A stretch of DNA of 64,000 nt from a virus, in IMG/VR virus record IMGVR_UViG_3300013094_000026, positions 32,480 to 96,479 of that record; one strand, given 5' to 3'. Within the stretch, counting starts at the first letter, position 1, and each line of letters starts with the position of its first letter. The translations under genes and the position numbers were made by a program. Shown piece by piece: positions 50,753 through 58,885 of the stretch. The notes beneath the pieces are model-generated. The model did no database searches. It was not told where the DNA came from and saw nothing but the letters and a program-made list of their open reading frames with translations.

Positions 50753-51355
50753 TTACCCCTTCTGTACATTTTCTACATAATAATCATTGATAGAGATAGC
50801 AGAATCATATGAGTCAAGTGTCATATTATTTGTAACAAAGTCAGACATATCAAAATCATCACCAAGTGTTAAATCAACTTCAACAGTTGAAGTAACTTGA
50901 ATATTGAAAGTAACTTCAACTTCCTGAGTTAATGGAATGTCCATGATTTCTGCAACACCCTTGATTACTTCTTCTTTATCAATATATTCATCTGAATAAA
51001 CTTCTGTAAGATATGAACGGAGTTGATTTTCTTTTGCATAATTTTCATTTTGCTTTTTATACATAGACTTATTTGACCATTGCATTGAACGAACATCATT
51101 TTCTGTATATGTCTTTGTGACAGTTTCATTATTTTCAAGCCACTCTAGGGTCATTGTTTGAACGGGAGTTTCCATAGTTTCTTCTTCTTTCTCTTTAGGC
51201 TGTATTGTAACATCTACCACTGACATTAGAATCATTGGTTCTTGACATTTTGGACAATCTGAATTGTGATATGTACCACTAGATTTAATATTCATTTCAA
51301 TATTTGAATCACAATATGGGCATACATAATCCCATTTGAACCAAGTATCTGACAT
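50753..51355 (-). CDS. Zinc-ribbon + acidic protein; internal promoter and second start near 51175
   Basis: CPYC...CPKC; ATGTCAG...TACAAT promoter motif inside the ORF at 51226. Confidence 0.6.
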   Translation of the reverse strand: MSDTWFKWDYVCPYCDSNIEMNIKSSGTYHNSDCPKCQEPMILMSVVDVTIQPKEKEEETMETPVQTMTLEWLENNETVTKTYTENDVRSMQWSNKSMYKKQNENYAKENQLRSYLTEVYSDEYIDKEEVIKGVAEIMDIPLTQEVEVTFNIQVTSTVEVDLTLGDDFDMSDFVTNNMTLDSYDSAISINDYYVENVQKG

Positions 51356-51432
51356 TTAGTTTTCCTTTCATTTAAGAACTGAATTCTACCATATCGTAAA
51401 ATGATTTTCAAGTTGAAATACCCTATATCGTA

Positions 51433-51528
51433 AGTGATAAATATCACATCGTAAACCCGTGTTTTGACTTGACAAGACACGCCCGAGCGGGTCGGCCCAT
51501 TTTTCTGCATTTGTCAAATCAACACGCC
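51433..51528. repeat. Early-region repeat copy 1
   Basis: CRP-like box + invariant TTGACAAGACACGCCCGAGCGGG (51469) + TCGGCCC. Confidence 0.9.
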
Positions 51529-51546
51529 GTTAAAATAAAAAAAATA

Positions 51547-51568
51547 TAGGGGAGCTTTCGCTCCCCTA
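51547..51568 (-). terminator. Intrinsic terminator after DUF932 gene
   Basis: TAGGGGAGC-GAAA-GCTCCCCTA followed by a T-run on the minus strand. Confidence 0.8.
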
Positions 51569-51577
51569 CTTTGCAAA

Positions 51578-52615
51578 TTATTTTGCAAGTGCTAAAACTT
51601 GCTTAACAATTTTATTTTTTTCTGCCGTGATTACAGGGTCAAAACCTGAAGCGGAAGCCATTAAACTATCTCCTGCTTTACGGGCTGTGCGATAGTAGTC
51701 AAGTCGCTCGGTCATTGCATTTAACACACCCCATGCAGTGCCTTTGATATTAGCATTAGTAGGTGAGTTATGATAAAGTTCATCAAGCAACACAACTTTA
51801 TTTTCCCACTTTTTAATTGAACCCTTTTTATCTGCTTCAGGCTTTGGATACATCTTGTTAATGATTTCAGAAAACTTTGCATTAGTAACTTCAATAGAGA
51901 AAAGTTCCTGTGCTTGCTTTTCAAATTCATCCATGTAAGAGAATGTCAAGCCTAGAGCCTCTCGTGCAGCCGCAATTTTTCCGTCTACTGTCTGAGTGTG
52001 GCGGATTTTGAAAGATTGCTTTGCTCGCTTCATGGCAAAGTTAAGAGTGTTTTGACACATAACACGAACAGGTGTGATTGCAGATTGAACCGCAACGGAA
52101 CCATCGTGAGAGGTGTAAACAACTAGATAAAGATTAGTCTGATCGTTAGCACCTTGTGGATCTAGCACCATTGTGCGGGGAATTGACATTGTGCCAAACA
52201 CTACACGACCATTTTTAAGTGAACCAGCAGACTCCCAATAAACATCTGAGTTACCATCATGCAAGTTATCAGCGAAAGAAAATAAATCTTCATTTTGTAC
52301 AGACTTGTAGCGTGAACCTACAACGGACAAAACATCTTTTTGACCTTGAATTTCAGGGTTATCACGCACAACTAGAAAATTCTCTCCTACTTGTGAATAA
52401 TTACCTGCAAGTAAACCACTTACAGGCTCAAGTGAAACATTCCAGTTTGCAAGTTTTGCACCTTCAAGCATTTTGGCAGTAGTGACTTCTTCATCTTTTG
52501 AAAAAGTAGCATTAGCAAAAGAATGCCATGCAGGATTTGAACGGAGATTTACAGCGAGAGATACAGCACCAGACTCAACTTCTGAGCGGTGGACTTGTGA
52601 CATTGGGTTAGTCAT
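51578..52615 (-). CDS. DUF932 family phage/plasmid protein
   Basis: PAWH, VG.RY..VQN, ESAGSL.NG, SHDGS, TPVRVMCQNTL, IRHT, GTAWG..NA.TE. Confidence 0.88.
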   Translation of the reverse strand: MTNPMSQVHRSEVESGAVSLAVNLRSNPAWHSFANATFSKDEEVTTAKMLEGAKLANWNVSLEPVSGLLAGNYSQVGENFLVVRDNPEIQGQKDVLSVVGSRYKSVQNEDLFSFADNLHDGNSDVYWESAGSLKNGRVVFGTMSIPRTMVLDPQGANDQTNLYLVVYTSHDGSVAVQSAITPVRVMCQNTLNFAMKRAKQSFKIRHTQTVDGKIAAAREALGLTFSYMDEFEKQAQELFSIEVTNAKFSEIINKMYPKPEADKKGSIKKWENKVVLLDELYHNSPTNANIKGTAWGVLNAMTERLDYYRTARKAGDSLMASASGFDPVITAEKNKIVKQVLALAK

Positions 52616-52729
52616 TTTTTCCTTCTTTCTTGTTTGTTTAATAATCTGAGTATAACAGATGGGTCTGACATTGTCTAGTTAAACTTACAAACATTTTGAC
52701 ATATGTCGTAAATGTCCGATTTTTTTGCA

Positions 52730-52827
52730 TGTGATAAATATCACTTCGTAAACACGGCGTGTCTGCTTGACAAGACACGCCCGAGCGGGCCGACCCGATT
52801 TTTTGGGTTTTGTCAAGTTCAACACGC
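52730..52827. repeat. Early-region repeat copy 2
   Basis: Core at 52767 + CCGACCC. Confidence 0.9.
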
Positions 52828-52944
52828 AGCTATTTTTTATTAATTTTATCAGGACCTAAATCAATTAAAAATCCTATAAAATAAAAAATTGCAAATACTG
52901 AAAAATATAAAAATATATCTGACAGTATTTGCAATTTATTCTCC

Positions 52945-53160
52945 CTATTGTAAAATTCCCCAGTACTGCATTCCTAATTCATCTGCAACATATCTTGGAA
53001 CATCGGACCAAGCTGTTTCGTTATAAAAATATTTTGTTCCCTTGCCTTTTATAACTACTTTAAAAAATATGTCATCATTTCCATCTTGATAAACTTTTAC
53101 TTTATCATCACAAAACATGGAGTGCCAATTGGCACTCCCTACGGGTGGGTGTTTAGACAT
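52945..53160 (-). CDS. Hypothetical early protein
   Basis: Coupled ORF; KYFYNETAWSDV.RY. Confidence 0.6.
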   Translation of the reverse strand: MSKHPPVGSANWHSMFCDDKVKVYQDGNDDIFFKVVIKGKGTKYFYNETAWSDVPRYVADELGMQYWGILQ

Positions 53161-53161
53161 A

Positions 53162-53635
53162 TTAGTTACCGTCTTCCTGAATTAACTGATCTGCAAATTC
53201 AGCAAGTTTAGTTTCAACTTGTGGGTGCAACTCTTCACGCATAACTTTGAAAGTATCTGCTGGCCAACCTGCTGAAATAACTCGCTTAACCAAATTAGTT
53301 AAATTATAATCTGGCTTGATTTCGCTTGCCACTTCAATTAAACATTGTGAATAATCTAAGTCTCCCAATTCATATTCAAAAATTGATTTAATAGTCAATA
53401 ATGAATAACGCAATTCTTGTTTAGTATTAAACAAAATAGAGGTAACAAATTCTGTAACTTTTTCTAGTGGGTACTTTGTAGGTAATCCCATGATATAGTC
53501 TCGCAACTGAATTTCGTTGTTAATTGCATAGGTAATTTTTTCTGAATCTGCTTCACCAATAGATCCGTCATATGAATTGATAGCATTATCAATTATATCT
53601 TTTGCTTGTCCTACTGTGATAGTATTTACTGTCAT
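53162..53635 (-). CDS. Hypothetical early protein (DUF4192-like C-terminus)
   Basis: IQLRDYIMG...YNL..LV.RV..AGWP; AAAGGA SD. Confidence 0.55.
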   Translation of the reverse strand: MTVNTITVGQAKDIIDNAINSYDGSIGEADSEKITYAINNEIQLRDYIMGLPTKYPLEKVTEFVTSILFNTKQELRYSLLTIKSIFEYELGDLDYSQCLIEVASEIKPDYNLTNLVKRVISAGWPADTFKVMREELHPQVETKLAEFADQLIQEDGN

Positions 53636-53780
53636 TTTATGTCCTTTGTTTGTTGGGTTAATAATAGATATTATAACAGATGGGTCTGACATTCTTGGCA
53701 GATACCCGTTTTTCCTTCATGATAATTTTGGGTGCAGATACTGCACCCATTAAGACAATCGCCTAAGTGTAGCGTAGTCA

Positions 53781-53978
53781 TTACTCTCCCTCATCATATT
53801 CTAATGATAGAGGGAAAGAATCCCACTCGTGCACTGCCATGTCTTGCTGATCCCAGCATTCAGGGCAGATATAGTCATCGCCATAGATATCATATTCTTC
53901 TTCAGAATAGAATGTCTCAGTTGCTCCACAAAGTTCATAGTAGAGACAGGATACTTCAAAAGTAGTTTGAGTAGTCAT
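53781..53978 (-). CDS. Acidic zinc-ribbon protein
   Basis: C-x5-C...CPEC. Confidence 0.55.
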   Translation of the reverse strand: MTTQTTFEVSCLYYELCGATETFYSEEEYDIYGDDYICPECWDQQDMAVHEWDSFPLSLEYDEGE

Positions 53979-54056
53979 TTTGACCCTTTCGTTTGTTGAA
54001 TAGTAGAATTATAGCAGAGTGGTCTGACATTATCAAGTTATTTTAACATAACTCCA

Positions 54057-54145
54057 TGTGATAAAAATCACCTCGTAAACACGGCGTGTCGTGTTGACAA
54101 GACACGCCCGAGCGGGTCGGCCCCAAAAACAGCTAATTGTCAAGT
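54057..54145. repeat. Early-region repeat copy 3
   Basis: Core at 54094 + TCGGCCC. Confidence 0.9.
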
Positions 54146-54246
54146 TTATTTTTATGTTTTTGTTTGCGTGTATATTTCTTTTTATTAGCAATTGCAGTCG
54201 CAGCATTACTGCGACGCAACTCTTGAATTCTCTTTACTTTTTCCAT
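54133..54246 (-). CDS. 37-aa basic peptide MEKVKRIQELRRSNAATAIANKKKYTRKQKHKNKLDN (copy A)
   Basis: GAGGA SD; paralog at 55844-55960. Confidence 0.65.
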   Translation of the reverse strand: MEKVKRIQELRRSNAATAIANKKKYTRKQKHKNKLDN

Positions 54247-54250
54247 AATT

Positions 54251-54502
54251 TTATTCCTCATAGTATTCGTCATCTTGACACCATGCATCTAAGTGATGCG
54301 ATTTAATAATTGCATATGCTGGAGCAGTTTCTTGATCACGCCATAAAACACCTTCAGGCAATTCAATTTTTCTATCAAGATCAATGTAATGCTCGGGGCA
54401 CCAAGTAGTATTGCCACCATATAAGCGATTGGTGACAGTGCAATATGGGCAGTATCTATACATATAGTTGGTTGTTTTATATTCCTCAATGTCATCGCTC
54501 AT
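54251..54502 (-). CDS. Chimeric ORF: inserted N-terminus fused to the 3' half of a split gene
   Basis: Shares DLDRKIELPEGVLWR with 54732-54983. Confidence 0.6.
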   Translation of the reverse strand: MSDDIEEYKTTNYMYRYCPYCTVTNRLYGGNTTWCPEHYIDLDRKIELPEGVLWRDQETAPAYAIIKSHHLDAWCQDDEYYEE

Positions 54503-54828
54503 TTACATTACCTCATCTAGTTGGTTGGTTATATCTACAGCCTACGATTGACTGCAGATGCCTTACTAGTGCATTTCTGGACAGTAAGGAAGGAAGGTTG
54601 ATCGCCTTTTAAGGACACCCAAGGGTGGCTGCGACCCGCTTCCTATTCCTCTAGGGAAACGCACACCATACGGAGACAGTTCGGAGGGCGGGTCTTTGTA
54701 ATTATATTATAGCATTTTAATATTTACTTTGTCAAGCAAGTCTACCAGCCAAGGAACAGTAGGCCAGTACGGACATTTCGGCACGCCATAAAACACCTTC
54801 AGGCAATTCAATTTTTCTATCAAGATCA
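54337..54828 (-). mobile_element. 398-bp insertion (54384-54781) flanked by a perfect 47-bp direct repeat
   Basis: Identical 47-mers at 54337-54383 and 54782-54828; insert carries TTGACA-N18-TATAAT, a GC-rich structured leader, SD and ATG. Confidence 0.7.
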
Positions 54829-54983
54829 TCTTCCCAATATGCATCAATTGCATCTATGCAAGGTTGCACCATAGAACGGGGGACTGGTGGATAGTGATTA
54901 CCCTGTAAGTGAATTGCAATAGAAGAATACATATCTAATCCGAATGTATTATCTGCTAATTCTGTTGCTAAGTTAGATCCCAT
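54732..54983 (-). pseudogene. 5' half of split gene (MGSNLATELA...HLQGNHYPPVP...)
   Basis: Reads into the insertion after the duplicated 47 bp. Confidence 0.6.
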
Positions 54984-54986
54984 TAT

Positions 54987-55181
54987 TTATTTCCCCCTTG
55001 GGCGATAGAAATTCTTTGTGTACATTTTGCCACTAGGCATAGATAGATTATAGGTTGCATATTCTTTTGCAAATCCCCAATCATTGCAACGAGAGAAAGC
55101 ATTGAACGCTTCTAGTGCATCACCAATCTGCACAACATGGTGGGCGGGCTTGCCATCATAGGCTGTTGTTATCTTGTACAT
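54987..55181 (-). CDS. Hypothetical early protein (DWGFAKEYATYNL)
   Basis: Coupled ORF. Confidence 0.6.
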   Translation of the reverse strand: MYKITTAYDGKPAHHVVQIGDALEAFNAFSRCNDWGFAKEYATYNLSMPSGKMYTKNFYRPRGK

Positions 55182-55366
55182 TATTGCACTCCATTCATTA
55201 CTAGATAAACTCTTGCTGATTTAATTTCTTCGGTGGGAATTGCAAATGGATTACACTCGCAACTTTCAACATCATAGTCTTGTCCTCTACCGAAAAAGAA
55301 CCAACCTCTGCCCTCACAAATTGAACATGAGAGAATTTCAATTACTGCATTTTTTACTAGTGACAT
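55181..55366 (-). CDS. Small Cys-rich early protein
   Basis: CSICEG.GW...CECNP. Confidence 0.6.
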   Translation of the reverse strand: MSLVKNAVIEILSCSICEGRGWFFFGRGQDYDVESCECNPFAIPTEEIKSARVYLVMNGVQ

Positions 55367-55472
55367 TTAATTGTCCTTTCTTGTTTGGCACTTGCATTTA
55401 TTTAATTGTATTGTAGCACCTGCCACTGACATTGTAGCAAGTGTTGAACATGAATCGCATATGAATAAATAA

Positions 55473-55679
55473 TTAGTCATGATCCACCGCCACATATACA
55501 GTAGTGTAAAAATCAGGCTTAGGAAAACCTTGACCATTCCAATTAGGTCTGACTTGACACGCATAGGCGAACACGCCTTCTGGTGTGTCTACATTCTTTC
55601 GCAATTCTGCAAATTGAATAATTCCTTGACCTTTTGAGGTCTTGACTAACTTGCCCTCTAGGGCTGTTGAGATTAGCAT
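55473..55679 (-). CDS. Hypothetical early protein (MLISTALEGK...)
   Basis: GAAGG SD after promoter motif. Confidence 0.55.
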   Translation of the reverse strand: MLISTALEGKLVKTSKGQGIIQFAELRKNVDTPEGVFAYACQVRPNWNGQGFPKPDFYTTVYVAVDHD

Positions 55680-55770
55680 AGGTGCTACCTTCTTTCTTTC
55701 TAATGCCGTAAGTATATCAGACTGGACTGACATTATCAATTTCAAAATGCCATAAATCGGACATTAGCTG

Positions 55771-55860
55771 TGTGATAAAAGTCACACCGTAAACACGGCG
55801 TGTCGTATTGACAAGACACGCCCGAGCGGGCCGACCAAATTTTTTAGCAATTGTCAAGTT
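55771..55860. repeat. Early-region repeat copy 4
   Basis: Perfect TGTGA-N6-TCACA + core at 55808 + CCGACC. Confidence 0.9.
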
Positions 55861-55960
55861 TATTTTTATGTTTTTGTTTGCGATTATATTTCTTTTTATT
55901 TCGCATGGGCGTAGCAGAATTGCTACGCCTTAGCTCCTGTATTCTTTTAACTTTTTCCAT
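55844..55960 (-). CDS. 38-aa basic peptide MEKVKRIQELRRSNSATPMRNKKKYNRKQKHKNKLDNC (copy B)
   Basis: TAATG-coupled; paralog of 54133-54246. Confidence 0.65.
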   Translation of the reverse strand: MEKVKRIQELRRSNSATPMRNKKKYNRKQKHKNKLDNC

Positions 55961-56139
55961 TAGTGATTTGTATTCTTGAAACATTCTTCCCAAAACCTAT
56001 CTGAGTCAAATTTTTCATTATCACTTGCAAACATTTCAATAAAATCATTTACCAAATCTTCTAACACTGTTAGTTTAATTTCATCGGCATATGAATTGAT
56101 AATTTCTGCGGTTGCTACATAGTCTTTTCGTGTCATCAT
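55960..56139 (-). CDS. MMTRKDY-family small early protein (copy A)
   Basis: MTRKDY...DN.KFD..RF...C; paralog at 58187. Confidence 0.7.
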   Translation of the reverse strand: MMTRKDYVATAEIINSYADEIKLTVLEDLVNDFIEMFASDNEKFDSDRFWEECFKNTNH

Positions 56140-56681
56140 TTTATTTACTATCCTTTTCATTAAGTGGATTGGGTGAGAGTAGCGGTATTAGTGTTAGTCC
56201 CACCCAAAATTTATTATAGCATATTACTTTGCTCGGCGGTAAGTGTATGAAAGAAAATCTTTCTTATACTTTGCATTTGCATTTGCTGTTTGTACTAGTG
56301 CATGAACCTTTACGGCATTCTTGTCATTGATTGACATTAGTTCACGCTTGCCTTGAGAAATTGTGAAAGTGTACATTTATTTTATATCCTTTTGTTTGTT
56401 GGGTTTATTATATGGTGAGCAGTTTTACAACTTGCTCAGGTTGTTCTACCTATTTGGTAAAAACTAGAATTTTACTGTGGTGTAGCGATCTTCGCCGTTT
56501 ACATCTAGCAAAACTTTTGTAGTGTTAGCATTGACGGGGATAATTTCCTTAATTGTTCCCGTGACCTTTGACTTTTGAGTGGTGAATAAATCTCCCACTT
56601 GATAAGTTTGATTTGATACTGTCATTTATTTTTTATCCTTTTCTTTTGTTGTTAGTTGTATTATAGCACTAGGGTCTGACA

Positions 56682-56903
56682 TTATGGTTGAATATCTGAG
56701 CGACACCCAGCATATGGACAACGCACACGACTTAGGCGGTGGGTTGTGTATGAGTATTTAATTGTTCTTGAAATTCTTGCAATATGCGGTGATGACATTC
56801 TAGGAACATGAAAACTCTTAGCATTAGAAATTGACGGGATTAGTGTTAATCCTATTGCAAGTATAATAATTTTAGTTTTCATCTTCTCCCCATGTCTTAA
56901 CAT
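56682..56903 (-). CDS. Small putative secreted peptide
   Basis: MKTKIIILAIGLTLIPSISNA signal-like. Confidence 0.45.
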   Translation of the reverse strand: MLRHGEKMKTKIIILAIGLTLIPSISNAKSFHVPRMSSPHIARISRTIKYSYTTHRLSRVRCPYAGCRSDIQP

Positions 56904-56987
56904 CTTGAAAAATCTCTAATATAATCATAGCAAGAAAAGGGACAGATAACATCATGATAAATCTAATAAAGTAAGTTAGAATAAACA

Positions 56988-57182
56988 TTAATCACCCACC
57001 CCCTCTTGAAATTCTGCAATAGTGCAAGATAAACCAATTAACTCACCCTTAGCACTTACCAAAATTGCATTTACGATATCTTTATCTTCATTGACAATAG
57101 ATATTTCATTGATTAGATAATTTTCATTTTTCCAAATGAAAAGTGTTCCTTGATAAATCTTATTTACTAATCCATGTGACAT
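56988..57182 (-). CDS. Hypothetical early protein
   Basis: GAAAGGA SD. Confidence 0.55.
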   Translation of the reverse strand: MSHGLVNKIYQGTLFIWKNENYLINEISIVNEDKDIVNAILVSAKGELIGLSCTIAEFQEGVGD

Positions 57183-57357
57183 TTTATGTCCTTTCGTTTT
57201 TGTTAATTGTATTGTACCAGATAGGTCTGACATTAGAGGGCATTTTCTTGAAAAAGTTTTATCTCTAAATGTAGTAATTCATTAGGTGATAAATCTTCAA
57301 GGGTTTTCCAACCTGCACCCTCTTCATCAAGGTAAAAAATTTCTAGGCTACCCATGA

Positions 57358-57519
57358 TTAGTTCCCCCACTCTGTGGAGATGATATCCCAACCGATGGAG
57401 ACTAGGTGGTCTAGTCGCTCAACCAATTCTTTATCAGATGAACCGATGAAGGTTGCACCCATGCGAGAAGGATAGCCGTTAGGCTCTTGGCGAATCGCCG
57501 TATATTTTAGTGAAGTCAT
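57358..57519 (-). CDS. Hypothetical early protein
   Basis: GAAAGGA SD. Confidence 0.55.
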   Translation of the reverse strand: MTSLKYTAIRQEPNGYPSRMGATFIGSSDKELVERLDHLVSIGWDIISTEWGN

Positions 57520-57879
57520 TTTAACTTCCTTTCTTTTGTTTAATAGGTTTATTATATCAGGGGGGTCTGACATTTTAGCCCGTTTTTCGGGCGTGTCGGA
57601 AATTTATTTTTGTGACTTACGCCACATCACAGCCACAATCTATGGCATATTCATTATGCTCATCACACCAAACACAGAATGGGTGATTTAGACTATTTAG
57701 GACAATTTGTCCACATACACAAGTGTTCATATTTAGAACCTTTCTTTATTTTTAACTTAGCGTAAGTTTAACATAAAAAACCCGTACTGTCCAGTAACTT
57801 AAGGGATAATCTCACAATATGGATGCATAAATAATGTGATTAATGTCACACGTAAAAGGTATAAATCGGACATTAGCTG

Positions 57880-57978
57880 TGTGATAAAAGTCACACCGTA
57901 AACACGGCGTGTCGTATTGACAAGACACGCCCGAGCGGGCCGACCCAATTTTTGGGCGTTTGTCAAGTGCAACACGCC
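57880..57978. repeat. Early-region repeat copy 5
   Basis: Perfect CRP-like box + core at 57917 + CCGACCC. Confidence 0.9.
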
Positions 57979-58186
57979 CAAAAGCTTTATTTAAAATCTT
58001 TCAAAATATTTTCAACGATTAAAATTTGCTCATCTGTCAAATTTTCAATTTGAATTGCATTTGCAAAATTGAATGGATCATTCATTTATTATTCTCTTTT
58101 CTTTTGTTATTTTCAAAACTATTTTTTTGCATTTGAGCGATTATTTTTAGATCTTCAATCGCTCTTGAAATTTCCTCTTTTTCCAT

Positions 58187-58360
58187 TTAGTTATCTCCAT
58201 AACATGCTAATTCAAATCGCATTGGTGAAAAGTTTTTATTATCATAGAAAAACAAATCTGAAAATTGATCTACAATAGTAGAGAACACGATTTCACTCAT
58301 GTCACCTTTATTAGATAGCAGAATCTCTGCTACCTTGTTATAATCTTTTCTAGTCATCAT
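58187..58360 (-). CDS. MMTRKDY-family small early protein (copy B, 57 aa), not in ORF track
   Basis: GAGGAG SD; MMTRKDYNKVAEIL...DNKNFSPMRFELAC. Confidence 0.7.
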   Translation of the reverse strand: MMTRKDYNKVAEILLSNKGDMSEIVFSTIVDQFSDLFFYDNKNFSPMRFELACYGDN

Positions 58361-58645
58361 TTACAAAATCTCCTCTAAATCAAAATCTTCTACATCTACG
58401 AAAACATCTGAGTCATCTTCTGACTCTTGATTTAATTCATCTAGCAATTCATCAAAAGTATCTGCTAGGGTTTCCCACTTGTCAAAGTGGCGTTCATGTG
58501 AATAAGTGTACATTGTGTACCTTTCGTTTAATTCGGTTAAACCTTTTAACCTTTTGCTGACCTGTCTTATTTGCTTATATTCTAAGGCTCATACAGGATT
58601 TTTTCTTATTTAATTTTATAGTGGAATACTATCAGACTATAACGG

Positions 58646-58885
58646 GAAAGTCAAGTCTATTTGGTGTGATGTTTGTCACTAGTCTAGTGTGCCACCATTG
58701 GCACACCAATTATTAAAACAGACGGGACAACCTAGAGAGATCTGATTCTCTAGTGGGTATTCATGCCCATATGAGCATTTTACTGTATTTAGTGAAATCA
58801 TTTTGATTTCCTTTCTTTTGTTATAGTGTTAGTTTATTTTATTAAGTTTTGAAAGTCAAGTCTATTTGGTGTGATATGACTCACA
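58646..58885 (-). repeat. Two 25-bp direct repeats GAAAGTCAAGTCTATTTGGTGTGAT (CRP-like box half + TTGACT -35)
   Basis: Copies at 58646 and 58851. Confidence 0.75.

Noticed and set aside
51433-57978. CRISPR array interpretation of the repeats (a Cas4-like gene is present)
   Set aside because: Copies are 1.3-2.1 kb apart with genes between them; solo Cas4-like nucleases are common in phages and no other cas gene is seen
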